In this document: one piece after another, positions 52,825-61,377 of the stretch
Numbering within the stretch: position 1 is the stretch's first letter
Layout: each line of letters starts with the position of its first letter
Source: a virus
Reading direction: 5' to 3' (one strand)
Length of the DNA: 64,000 nt
Virus record (IMG/VR): IMGVR_UViG_3300036861_000610
Span: 1 to 64,000 of that record
Translations under genes and position numbers: made by a program
Notes under the pieces: model-generated
What the model was told of the DNA's origin: nothing
Database searches by the model: none
Seen by the model: only the letters and a program-made list of their open reading frames with translations

Positions 52825-53274
52825 TCAGCGCTGAAGGGTGGCCCACGTGGGAGCGTAGGGCTTCACCTTCAGGGTCATACCGGCCTCGTTGGGCAGCCGG
52901 TCACCCTTGAGCTGATTGCACGGGTCGCAACACGCGACGGTGTTGACCCAGGTGTTCTTCCCGTCCCGAGAGACGGGGCGGATGTGGTCCACCGTGGTTC
53001 CCTTGGTGCTGCCGCAGTAGCCGCAGCACCGGTTGTCCCGACGGAGGACGCCAGCCCGAGACCAGGTCGGACCGGCCGTGTATCGCCACTTGGTGACGAT
53101 GAAGCGAAGCAATCTGACAGCGGTTGGCCGAGGCCATGCACCGAACTGTATGTCAGGCTCCGCTTCGTGGATCTCTGCTATACCGCGGCAGAGCATCCGG
53201 ATTGCGTGTCTGAGGCTAACCCGGTGCAGTGGACCGAGGTCAGCGTTCAGAACCATAACTGCTGCCCCTTGCAT
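52825..53274 (-). CDS. HNH endonuclease (McrA-like)
   Basis: VLNAD..PL; RRD..CCGYCG...TTVDHIRPVSR.G..W.N.V.CC..CN..K. Confidence 0.9.
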   Translation of the reverse strand: MQGAAVMVLNADLGPLHRVSLRHAIRMLCRGIAEIHEAEPDIQFGAWPRPTAVRLLRFIVTKWRYTAGPTWSRAGVLRRDNRCCGYCGSTKGTTVDHIRPVSRDGKNTWVNTVACCDPCNQLKGDRLPNEAGMTLKVKPYAPTWATLQR

Positions 53275-53320
53275 CGAGTCACCTCCTTTGCGTGCAGAGG
53301 GGTTATCAATCTAGGTCACG

Positions 53321-53393
53321 AGCTGACGACGAGATTCGAACTCGCGACCCTCACCTTGGCAAGGTGATGCGCTACCAACTGCGCCACGTCAGC
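53321..53393 (-). tRNA. tRNA-Gly(GCC)
   Basis: Loop TT-GCC-AA. Confidence 0.92.
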
Positions 53394-53474
53394 ATGTGGA
53401 AGGAGAGGAACCGTAAACCGGTCTTCCTGCCGGCATCCCGGCGCGGACCTTGTACCAGGTCTCCGTCTCCAACG

Positions 53475-53547
53475 AGCCTGCACCGGGATTCGAACCCGGA
53501 ACCTCCCCCTTACCATGGGGGCGCTCCACCTGGTGAGCTTTGCAGGC
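53475..53547 (-). tRNA. tRNA-Thr(GGT)
   Basis: Loop AT-GGT-AA. Confidence 0.9.
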
Positions 53548-53584
53548 GAAAACCCAGGCCACGAGGAGCTGGGTCAGTATTGCG

Positions 53585-53657
53585 TGCCCCCGCCCGGATT
53601 CGAACCGGGAACATCCGACTTTTGAGATCGGCGCCTCTGCCATTGGGCTACGGGGGC
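53585..53657 (-). tRNA. tRNA-Leu(CAA), short variable arm
   Basis: Loop CT-CAA-AA. Confidence 0.9.
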
Positions 53658-53660
53658 GTG

Positions 53661-53945
53661 CTACCAGTAGGCCTTTTCGGGGTCGAAGTCCGCCCATAGG
53701 ATCTCAGTCTTGACGTGGGCGTAGTTGCGCAGCTGCACCAGCTCCTTGTGGGCGACGATGCAGTCGTCGCAGATCCAGACCACCAGATCGGGGGCACTCA
53801 TCGTCGGGTCCCAGATCCGGCTGCCGTAGTTGCCGTGGGCCGCGAAGAGCAGCCCGCGGTTGGGGGCTTTGGAGTCATCCTCGTAGTCTTCGGCGAAGTT
53901 TCCGAATGCCGACTCCAGGGTCTTGAGGCATTTGAAGCAGTTCAC
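53661..53945 (-). CDS. Small zinc-binding protein, leaderless after tRNA-Gln
   Basis: CFKC...GNYGSRIWD...ICDDC; GTG 2 nt after discriminator. Confidence 0.7.
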   Translation of the reverse strand: MNCFKCLKTLESAFGNFAEDYEDDSKAPNRGLLFAAHGNYGSRIWDPTMSAPDLVVWICDDCIVAHKELVQLRNYAHVKTEILWADFDPEKAYW

Positions 53946-53946
53946 G

Positions 53947-54017
53947 CTCGGGCACCTAGGTTCGAACTAGGACTCCTGCATCCAAAGTACAGTGGGCTCC
54001 CATTACCCCATGCCCGA
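53947..54017 (-). tRNA. tRNA-Gln(TTG)
   Basis: Loop CT-TTG-GA. Confidence 0.88.
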
Positions 54018-54021
54018 AAGG

Positions 54022-54092
54022 AACCGAGTACGGGAATCGAACCCGTTCGATCAGTTTGGAAGACTGAGATGCAGCCATCACATTCACTCGGC
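54022..54092 (-). tRNA. tRNA-Gly(TCC)
   Basis: Loop CT-TCC-AA. Confidence 0.88.
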
Positions 54093-54247
54093 TTGGCCTG
54101 GGCGGCGAGGAACAAGTTCCCGACGCCTTGCATGTCCCCACCCTATGGGCGCGGCCCAGGCTACGAAACTGACGTTGGGCTCCCTAGGTCAGTCAACCAG
54201 GATGAGCAGCCTGGTCCCGGGGAAGAACCGGGGGGCGGCATTGCCCG

Positions 54248-54321
54248 TAGAGCGTACGGGGTTCGAACCCGTATTCTCCGCCGTGAGAGGGCGGCGAGAT
54301 GACCAATTACTCCAACGCTCC
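54248..54321 (-). tRNA. tRNA-Glu(CTC)
   Basis: Loop CT-CTC-AC. Confidence 0.9.
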
Positions 54322-54465
54322 ATTGTTGCCCCCGCCGCAGGGTTTTTGTGTCGGCCTTGAGCCTTTGATCGCGGCCGATCTCCCTGCGCGGGGGCGTTCA
54401 CTGGTCAGGAATGTCTAGGGACGTCACTCTAGGCATTAAGGCGCCTGCCAGCTGTTCGTGAGTAC

Positions 54466-55488
54466 CTAGATCAGGTACAGGTACCGGGTGCCGGCGATCA
54501 GCTTCCGGTTGATCGACGTCGACTGGACGTAGATGTCGAAGTCGGGGTTGTGGTTCGGGCTCACCCGCACGTTCATGTCGGGCAGACCCACCATCTGACG
54601 CGCGTCCCGGCCGCTGTACACCTTGTGGTCCTTCTTGCCGACCACCATGATGTCCTTCGTCGCCTGGATTTCTTCACGCTTCATCAGCTGGTAGAACCCG
54701 CGGCCGGCCTGGTAGTTGTGGCCGCACGCCTTGGTGAACTCGTCGATGCGCGAGTCAGTTGGCACTGGCACCAGGACATAGGTGCCTTTTGCCATCGGCG
54801 TGAGGCCGGCCTGGGCGATGGTCTGGACGTTTACTGCGTCGGCGCCGGTGGAGAACAGGTTCCGGGTGGACCGGACGCCGGCTCGACGGGCCTGCATGTA
54901 GTTCTCGGTGGCGTCTCGGACGCGGTCTCCAGCTTCCCCGACGCCAGCTGCCGAGTTGGGGTTCCAGATCTCGATGTTGCCGGCGGAGAAGCCGAACTGT
55001 TTGGCCTCACGCATGCCCATGGCGTTGGGCACCAGTGCCGCAACGGTCCAATGGTCTTTGAGGCCGGCGAGACGCGCCTTGAGGGTGGCCGGTCGGTTAA
55101 CGCTGCGGTTTTCTTCGCCGTCGGTCAGGACGAAGACCAGGAACGAGTGGTCGCCGTAGCGTTCTGGGGTCTCCCCCAGGTGGTCCAGGGCCTGCAGTGT
55201 GGCGTCGATGAACGCGGTGTTGCCAAACGGTGTGTAGAAGCTGCTGATGCTCGGCAGCCGCAGCACATCCTTGTCCCAGACGACGCATTCGATGCGGTTG
55301 GGGTCGGCGAATGTCCACACCGAGATCCGGGTCTCCTGGTCCAATTCCTTGGACCGTCGGGCCAGGTGTTCAATCTGGCCGTCGGCGACTTTGATCAGGT
55401 CCTTTTTGTGCGGCGTCATCGAGGTCGATGCGTCTAGCACGAAGGCGATGTGGTTGATGATGTTGGCAATTGGTGCTGTCGCTGGCAT
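54466..55488 (-). CDS. von Willebrand factor A domain protein
   Basis: MIDAS DASTSM; T; LTDGEEN. Confidence 0.85.
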   Translation of the reverse strand: MPATAPIANIINHIAFVLDASTSMTPHKKDLIKVADGQIEHLARRSKELDQETRISVWTFADPNRIECVVWDKDVLRLPSISSFYTPFGNTAFIDATLQALDHLGETPERYGDHSFLVFVLTDGEENRSVNRPATLKARLAGLKDHWTVAALVPNAMGMREAKQFGFSAGNIEIWNPNSAAGVGEAGDRVRDATENYMQARRAGVRSTRNLFSTGADAVNVQTIAQAGLTPMAKGTYVLVPVPTDSRIDEFTKACGHNYQAGRGFYQLMKREEIQATKDIMVVGKKDHKVYSGRDARQMVGLPDMNVRVSPNHNPDFDIYVQSTSINRKLIAGTRYLYLI

Positions 55489-55674
55489 CTATCACTCCAG
55501 GAGCTGTTGTGGATGTTGGTCCACATCCTGCTCTTGGGGTACGACAAGTTTTGTGCGCCGTGCGGCAAGGGAATGGCCGCAGTCCTTGTTAACCGCCAGC
55601 GTGGCTCGCCGCCTGGTCCTGCGGGACTTCGGCGCGGCTTCAATCGCGAGCTTCTGCTGCTTTACGGCACAACG

Positions 55675-55747
55675 TGTCCCCGGGCGGATTCGAACCGCCG
55701 TACTCCGACTTTTCAGGCCGGCGCTAAACCATCTCAGCTACAGGAAC
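55675..55747 (-). tRNA. tRNA-Phe(GAA)
   Basis: Loop CT-GAA-AA. Confidence 0.9.
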
Positions 55748-55787
55748 GTGTGCTGGATGGGTCTAGCCACCCAGACTTTTGAGGGAT

Positions 55788-55964
55788 TCAATTTGAAACG
55801 GTGCCTCGGCCGCCGCATCGGTTGCAAGGAACCGTTCCGGGTCCACCGCATCCTGTGCATTTGGTGATGTTGTCTTTTCCGCTTCCGGTGACGCCTCTTC
55901 CGCTACACGCAGAACATGTGATGGAGCCGGAGCCGGAACAGGTGGGACAAGACCGAGTAGGCAT
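55788..55964 (-). CDS. DnaJ-type zinc-ribbon microprotein (ZnF-13)
   Basis: CPTCSGSG..CSACSGRG..CTGCGGPG..CNRCGGRG. Confidence 0.8.
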   Translation of the reverse strand: MPTRSCPTCSGSGSITCSACSGRGVTGSGKDNITKCTGCGGPGTVPCNRCGGRGTVSN

Positions 55965-55993
55965 GATCTTCTTTCGTTTCGGGGCGGTGAATA

Positions 55994-56066
55994 AGCCTCC
56001 CCGAGGAATCAAACCTCGAATCTCCAGCCATATAAAGACTGGCGCTCTGTCGATGAGCTAGGAGGC
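55994..56066 (-). tRNA. Atypical tRNA (loop TT-TAT-AT; identity uncertain)
   Basis: Cloverleaf with 1-nt linker, 6-bp anticodon stem, T loop TTTGATT, U73. Confidence 0.55.
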
Positions 56067-56171
56067 ATGGGCCACAGTAGATGGGTCAGATCCAGGCCGT
56101 CGCCCGCTACTACCCGCGCAACGCTGCGGTTCCATTGCGAACCATGTACATTGGCTTTCCCTTTTGGTGCG

Positions 56172-56244
56172 TGGAGCTACGGGGATTCGAACCCCGGACC
56201 TTCCGCATGCGAAACGGATGCTCTACCAGCTGAGCTATAACCCC
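56172..56244 (-). tRNA. tRNA-Ala(CGC)
   Basis: G3:U70; loop TT-CGC-AT. Confidence 0.9.
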
Positions 56245-56466
56245 ATGGAACCGGCGGGGGCAGGGTTACCCGCCCTGAGGCTTCCCCACGCCGGGCTTTT
56301 GTGATCCGTCTTTCTGGCCCCTCAGGACGGATCAACCGAGAGCATCTCCAGCCGCACGAAGGGCTGCTGCCAGTGAGGAAAGACTGTGCTGGGATCCCGG
56401 GAGACCACGGAGAGGCAACCGGATGAGCAGCCCTTTGCGGCCCAGGGAAGGACCGGGATCCCAGAG

Positions 56467-56539
56467 TGGAGATGAACGGATTCGAACCGATGACCTTCCG
56501 CCTGCCAGACGGATGCTCTACCAGCTGAGCTACATCCCC
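56467..56539 (-). tRNA. tRNA-Ala(GGC)
   Basis: G3:U70; loop CT-GGC-AG. Confidence 0.9.
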
Positions 56540-56731
56540 AAAGGTGCCCGAGGTGGGGTGGGCTAATCCCGGTCCTACTCCCAGCTGCTGGACCTGACCC
56601 ATTGGGCAATGGGTCAACCTCTGCCGGACCCGTCTGTTGCTCCGGCCTTTCAGAAAGGGGCTTTCACCCTTACCGCAGGAGGCTTTTCTTGAAGCTTGCT
56701 TCGCTCGCGCTCAGCGTGCCTGCTATGCCTG

Positions 56732-56804
56732 TCGGGCACCCCGGGGTCGAACCGGGTGTCTTCAGTTCCCAAAACTGACGGGTTAACCGTCTCCCTCGTG
56801 CCCG
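56732..56804 (-). tRNA. tRNA-Pro(TGG)
   Basis: Loop TT-TGG-GA. Confidence 0.88.
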
Positions 56805-57081
56805 AGAGTTAGAGACTGCCCTGGCCGGCAACCGATGGCCCGTCGCTCCAACGACTATGCGGAGGAATTAGCGGTCCTCACCACGACGCGCGTTGGCCAC
56901 AACGGATCGACCGGCCAGGGCATGTATCTATGAATGTGCTCCTGGCCCGACGATGCCGCCGGGGGCCGTCACCCGAAGGTGCCGACATTCATTGGCCTTG
57001 CCAGGCCAGGAACATCTACACACATGCTGTCCACTGTGAAGTTCTCAAGAAACACTTCCCCGGTTTCCCGGTTATTTCGCG

Positions 57082-57153
57082 CGCCGCCGCAAGGATTCGA
57101 ACCCTGACTAACCGGGTTGGAGCCGGTTATGCTTGCCGTTACATCACAGCGAC
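57082..57153 (-). tRNA. tRNA-Trp(CCA)
   Basis: Loop CT-CCA-AC; G73. Confidence 0.88.
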
Positions 57154-57539
57154 TCAATGTTCTTTTGTGTCTTCCATGCACGCATGTACTCAGCCTTTTT
57201 AGCTCGACATGGAGCACACTTGCAGTTTCTTTTGCCGGAGATCCCACCTCCATGTTCAACGGATCGCATCATGGTGGTTTTTGCTCGATGATGCTCTCCG
57301 CACAGCAGCTGACACTTGGTCAACTCGGGAAGCAGAACTTTGTCTCCTCGGTTCCACATCTTAGCTATTGAGAATTTTTTAGTTGTGGGATTAATGTGAT
57401 CAAACTCTAGGTCTTCTGTCGCATCACACTCGGCACACTTGTTACCCAGGATTTGCTTTAGTCGGCCGATAACCTGCTCATACCGAATTTGATCATATTT
57501 AGTTCTATTCCACTCCTTGGCCCACCACTCGCGGTCCAA
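57144..57539 (-). CDS. HNH endonuclease
   Basis: KCAEC....LEFDHINP..K...ELTKCQLLC..HH..KT; start uncertain. Confidence 0.8.
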   Translation of the reverse strand: MDREWWAKEWNRTKYDQIRYEQVIGRLKQILGNKCAECDATEDLEFDHINPTTKKFSIAKMWNRGDKVLLPELTKCQLLCGEHHRAKTTMMRSVEHGGGISGKRNCKCAPCRAKKAEYMRAWKTQKNIESL

Positions 57540-57563
57540 GGAACAATTCCCCCCCTCTACGAA

Positions 57564-57599
57564 AGAAGCCGCCCTGTCCGGGTTCCGGGGGGCGGCTTC
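57564..57599 (-). terminator. Intrinsic terminator
   Basis: GAAGCCGCCC...GGGCGGCTTC followed by TTT on the minus strand. Confidence 0.6.
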
Positions 57600-57965
57600 A
57601 AGATCCTTTGACCTTGAGCTACCCGTTGCCCGGGTTGCGCTGCTCATCGGCGTAACCGCCAAGCCGAACGAATCGGGGCATGGTGACAGCACCGGACAGC
57701 GACACTGTGTGCCACTGCTTCGAGGTGCTGCGCGTCATGTCCGTCTCCTGGTTGGTTGGTCTGGCGTTGAGCTTAGGGGCTTCTCCTTCAGCTCGGCAAC
57801 CCCCGGTGGTTCTGGGCGTTTCTCGCTGACATGGAGAACCGTACCCGGACCCCGGGGTACGGCGCAAGAGGTTTCCCCAAGATCTTTTACTGGCGGCCTC
57901 CGGAGCCAACTGACCAGGAGTTTCGTCAGGTAGCGCCGGCCGCCAACCAGGACAACGGGACAGGA

Positions 57966-58202
57966 TCACAGCTTCTTCGCTGGCTCGTTGGAGGTCGCCC
58001 AGACCGCGGCCCCAGTTCCCAGAGCGGTGAGGACCCCGAGCACGATCTCCCACACAGTGACCTTGCCGTCGGCTAGTGCGGCAACGATGGCCACCCCCAG
58101 GGAGCCGGTCACCGCAACCACAGCCTTGGCGATCGTCTGCTCCCGGGCCGGAGGTACCTGAAGGAAAAGGGTCCCCTCGACCGGGGGCTGGGAGCCTGTC
58201 AT
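57966..58202 (-). CDS. Holin-like two-TM membrane protein
   Basis: KAVVAV.GSLGVAIVAAL.DG.VT..E..LGVLTALG.GAAVWA..N. Confidence 0.6.
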   Translation of the reverse strand: MTGSQPPVEGTLFLQVPPAREQTIAKAVVAVTGSLGVAIVAALADGKVTVWEIVLGVLTALGTGAAVWATSNEPAKKL

Positions 58203-58266
58203 TCATTCATTGTGCCCCCGATGATGTCCATAGAGAAGAGCCCCGGTTTCCCGGAGCCCTTGCCTA

Positions 58267-58440
58267 TCAGACCTGACCAGAGCCGCCGCAGCGGGTGCAG
58301 GTCGGTGTGCCTTGACCATTGCAGGTGCCGCATTTCCTCTTTCCACCATCGAGCCAGCCGCTTCCCCCACAGCCTCGACAGGAGAGAAAACCCAGTCCGC
58401 CGCAGGTGCCACAGGTGCCCTTCTCGTCCTTTTTTGCCAC
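58267..58440 (-). CDS. DnaJ-type zinc-ribbon microprotein (ZnF-14)
   Basis: CGTCGGLG..CRGCGGSG..CGTCNGQG..CTRCGGSG; SD GGAGG. Confidence 0.8.
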   Translation of the reverse strand: MAKKDEKGTCGTCGGLGFLSCRGCGGSGWLDGGKRKCGTCNGQGTPTCTRCGGSGQV

Positions 58441-58601
58441 TAGCTGAGCCTCCCGCTTCCCCCACAGCTACTGCACGACGTCAGGGTGGAACCGTTGCAG
58501 CCAGAGCACGGCTTACCTCCGACGCGCCCGGCGCCCTTGCATTTGTCGCAGGTCGTCCGGCCGCTGCCAACACACACCGGACACGGTTTCTTGTTTGCCA
58601 T
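58440..58601 (-). CDS. DnaJ-type zinc-ribbon microprotein (ZnF-15)
   Basis: CPVCVGSG..CDKCKGAG..CSGCNGS..CSSCGGSG; SD GGAGG. Confidence 0.8.
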   Translation of the reverse strand: MANKKPCPVCVGSGRTTCDKCKGAGRVGGKPCSGCNGSTLTSCSSCGGSGRLS

Positions 58602-58635
58602 CCCTCGCTTCCCTCCAGGTCAATTGTTTTCTACT

Positions 58636-58678
58636 CAGGCAAGGGGCCCCGGGAGCACGCCCCCAGGGCCCCTTGCCT
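58636..58678. terminator. Hairpin downstream of Ro60 gene
   Basis: AGGCAAGGGGCCC...GGGCCCCTTGCCT. Confidence 0.55.
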
Positions 58679-58705
58679 CGTCCGCCGCAACCGGAGACCT
58701 TCGAC

Positions 58706-60316
58706 CTAGCTCGCGGTCTCCCACGGCCAGGACGCCTTCTGCCCCGCCTCGATCAACGGAACCATGCTGAACGTGTGGTCTGTTAGGCCACCCAGCTGGT
58801 GCCGAGTTGACGTGGTGTCCAACATGGCCGGCGCGTAGCCTGCCAGGTTGAAGCTGTAGACCGACGTCTCAGCCGGAACCTGAGCCCCGACATCTCCCTG
58901 CCAGTACCCACGACCCGGCCCGAAGGTCTGCTCGTCGGTCATGATGAAGACGCGGTTGTGGCCCTGGAATGTCGCCTTCAAGGCCGCCGCGGTGTGAGTG
59001 CCACCGCCGCGCACCTTGCGCTTGAACGCCTCGATGTCGCGCAGGATGCTGCCACCCTTGCTGATCTCGAACTTCCAGGGGGTGTTGTCGAAGCCGTAGA
59101 CGTCGACCTTCTCACCCTTGTGCGCCAGTGCCAGTCCAAACAAGGCGGCCTGGTCCACCACCTCGACCTGCGACTTGCCCGACATCCGACCCTTCATCGA
59201 CCCTGACGTGTCGATCAGGATCAGAGTCCGACCTGGTAGCGGCGGGATGTTCGCCGTCGAATACTGCAACGCCAGCTCCAGCGCCGACACCCACTGGGCA
59301 CCGGTTGCGGTGGCGTACGCCGACAGGAACCGGAACGGCAGCTGCCTTGACCGGGCAACCTCGTCAGGGTCGGCCAGACGCTCGTTCACCTGCTTGACAG
59401 CCGCGGCGGAGATCCCCGCCTCCTGGAAGTTGCGCAGGTTGCGCAGCAAAGCCATGTAGCCCATAACTGGGATCAAGGACTCCCACACTTCAGCTGTCAT
59501 CGCACCCCAGGACGAGGCCTGCTCCCAGGTGATGCCGGCATCCCGCAGGATTTCCTCGGAGTCGTCGCCGAGCATCAGGTCACGCTTCGCCTTGTCTGGC
59601 AGGGCCAGGATGGTGGCGCGCTTGTCCAGCACCGCCAGCTGCTGCGAGATCGGCGTCTTCGGGTCCCGACGTACGTCCAGGATGTACTTGAACAGCGCTG
59701 ACTGGGTCAAGCTGGCCGGCTCCGGGTGGGTCAGCTCGATGACATCGGCCATCCGAACCGCCTTGTCCCCGCCGTTCCACTTGATGTACGCGAACTGGTT
59801 GTACTTCGCAGTCGCACCGTCGCCGATTCCACGACGAATACCGGCCGGCAGCTGGCGCCCGTAGGTCGCCAGCCAGTAAGCCAACGCCTCAGCTGGCTCA
59901 TCGGGACGGCCGACCCAGAAGAAACTGCGGAGCAGCTGCCGCGAGTCACCAACCCGAGAACCGGGCTGGTCAGCCTTGAGCATTATCTTGGCAGCTTCGA
60001 CGGCCGCGACGACGGCCGCGGTGCGGATGTTGGCCTTGTCGCGGAGCCAGACGATGAACTCCTTGATCCATGCAGGGTCCTCGGCGGCGACGGTGCGGAC
60101 TAGAGCGGCGAAGCGCTGGTTCCGGTCGCTGGCCTTCTCGTAGAAGGTGTCCTCGCCGTAGAAGTTGGAGACAGCCAGGAGGAAGAGTTCCGACTTGGTC
60201 TCGCGGGTGTAGGCCGGCGCGCCCTCGAACGTCTTGGTGTCCTTGGCCGCAGCACGCAGTGGCGAGCCCGCATTCGGGGTGGCCGTCCTGGTGCCTCGCT
60301 TGTTGGTGGTGGCCAT
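58706..60316 (-). CDS. rsr: Ro60/Rsr (TROVE + vWA) Y-RNA-binding protein
   Basis: ELFLLAV..F..EDTFYE; RPDEP; YMALLRNLRNF; SRQLPFRFLSAY; vWA DTSGSM, GGT, TDEQ. Confidence 0.93.
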   Translation of the reverse strand: MATTNKRGTRTATPNAGSPLRAAAKDTKTFEGAPAYTRETKSELFLLAVSNFYGEDTFYEKASDRNQRFAALVRTVAAEDPAWIKEFIVWLRDKANIRTAAVVAAVEAAKIMLKADQPGSRVGDSRQLLRSFFWVGRPDEPAEALAYWLATYGRQLPAGIRRGIGDGATAKYNQFAYIKWNGGDKAVRMADVIELTHPEPASLTQSALFKYILDVRRDPKTPISQQLAVLDKRATILALPDKAKRDLMLGDDSEEILRDAGITWEQASSWGAMTAEVWESLIPVMGYMALLRNLRNFQEAGISAAAVKQVNERLADPDEVARSRQLPFRFLSAYATATGAQWVSALELALQYSTANIPPLPGRTLILIDTSGSMKGRMSGKSQVEVVDQAALFGLALAHKGEKVDVYGFDNTPWKFEISKGGSILRDIEAFKRKVRGGGTHTAAALKATFQGHNRVFIMTDEQTFGPGRGYWQGDVGAQVPAETSVYSFNLAGYAPAMLDTTSTRHQLGGLTDHTFSMVPLIEAGQKASWPWETAS

Positions 60317-60344
60317 GTCTTTACTCCTCTCCAGGCGAACAGAA

Positions 60345-60379
60345 ACAGGGGCGGACCTCGTCAGAGAATCCGCCCCTGT
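60345..60379 (-). terminator. Terminator or attenuator between Y RNA array and Ro60 gene
   Basis: ACAGGGGCGGA...TCCGCCCCTGT followed by TTCTGTT. Confidence 0.6.
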
Positions 60380-60391
60380 CAGGAAGCTGAT

Positions 60392-60520
60392 GCTGTCAGG
60401 CGACGAGGTGACCTAAGTTCCAGGGTTATGAGCCCTGGGCCGCGCCATGCGGCTCCGCCATGGGTGGCGGAGGGAGGAATTGAACCTTCGAAGTAACTCA
60501 GGTCGAACAGATCTGACAGC
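60392..60520 (-). ncRNA. Y RNA-like unit A with permuted initiator-tRNA mimic (CAT loop)
   Basis: Closing stem GCTGTCAG/CTGACAGC; T arm, closed acceptor, D arm, CAGGG-CTCATAA-CCCTG. Confidence 0.8.
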
Positions 60521-60530
60521 GGAACTTATG

Positions 60531-60609
60531 GTGGCACAGGCAACGGGACGGTCCAAGGTATTTTTTCAGTTAGCAGTGAAGTAACCCTGAACCTTCGGAT
60601 CTGTGCCAT
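60531..60609 (-). ncRNA. Y RNA-like unit B (short)
   Basis: TGGCACAGATCCGAAGG...GGTTACTTC...GTTGCCTGTGCCA. Confidence 0.8.
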
Positions 60610-60649
60610 GCCTTGGGGCGGGCCCGAAATCCCGCAGTGAAAGGATGAA

Positions 60650-60728
60650 GCCGCCAGGCAACAAGGTGACCCAGGTGTCTTTTTAATCCCAAATGATTGA
60701 AGTAACCCAGGTCTTCGGATCTGGCGAC
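60650..60728 (-). ncRNA. Y RNA-like unit C (short)
   Basis: GTCGCCAGATCCGAAG...GGTTACTTC...TTGTTGCCTGGCGGC. Confidence 0.8.
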
Positions 60729-60759
60729 TCATTGTCCCCAAGCGACGGAGAGCTATGAA

Positions 60760-60894
60760 CTACCAGGCAACAATTCAGCGTGAGGTGTTTAATGTGCTGC
60801 CGTTACACCACGTCGTCACTGGTGACGACGCCAGGACTCGAACCTGGACCCCTTCTTAATCAGAGAAGTAACCCCGTACCTTCGGATCTGGTAG
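60760..60894 (-). ncRNA. Y RNA-like unit D, YrlA-type permuted tRNA mimic (GAT loop)
   Basis: Y stem; CTTCT-CTGATTA-AGAAG; T arm CCAGG-TTCGAGT-CCTGG; closed acceptor; D arm. Confidence 0.85.
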
Positions 60895-60902
60895 AAGTTT
60901 GA

Positions 60903-61045
60903 TGCCGCCAGGCAACAAGTCGACGTGAGGTGTTTTACGCGCTCTATCCACTGAGCTATACGGACACGGTGCCCGCACCTGGGATCGAACCAGGGACCTC
61001 GTCCTTGACATGGAAGTAACCCCGGTGTCTTCGGATCTGGCGACA
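60903..61045 (-). ncRNA. Y RNA-like unit E, YrlA-type permuted tRNA mimic (GTC loop)
   Basis: Y stem; TCC-ATGTCAA-GGA; T arm CCTGG-TTCGATC-CCAGG; closed acceptor; D arm GCTC-AGTGGATA-GAGC. Confidence 0.85.
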
Positions 61046-61318
61046 TACGTTTTTAGTTGTCAAAGGTGGTACTGGGTGCGATGCCTCCGGGCTATGGCAG
61101 CAGTCGCAAGCTCTTGTATGACCTCCAGAACAGTACCCGGGGGTCCGGGTGTCGTCAAGGCCCTTTTTGAGGGAACCCTCCTCGCCCTGACTGGAGGGCG
61201 GTGAGGGACCTGACGTGGGCGGTGATTCATGTACCTCACCCCAACTCTTGGCAGGCCGGCACATCTCCGGACACCACGCCCGCCCACGCCAGTCCGTTCC
61301 CCCAGGAACGATGAGGCT

Positions 61319-61347
61319 AACGTACCCCCACCCAGGGGTATCGTCAA
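61319..61347 (-). promoter_or_regulatory. Putative promoter for the Y RNA/Ro60/tRNA transcript
   Basis: TTGACG-ATACCCCTGGGTGGGGG-TACGTT (17-nt spacer). Confidence 0.55.
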
Positions 61348-61377
61348 GCTTGACCGTGGCGAGATGTGGCGGCGTTG

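Noticed and set aside
60392-61045. CRISPR-like repeat-spacer array (recurring GAAGTAACC...TTCGGATCTG)
   Set aside because: Repeats are degenerate, pair with a second motif to form closing helices, have unequal spacing and enclose tRNA arms. Adjacency to Ro60 fits Y RNAs, and there is no cas operon.
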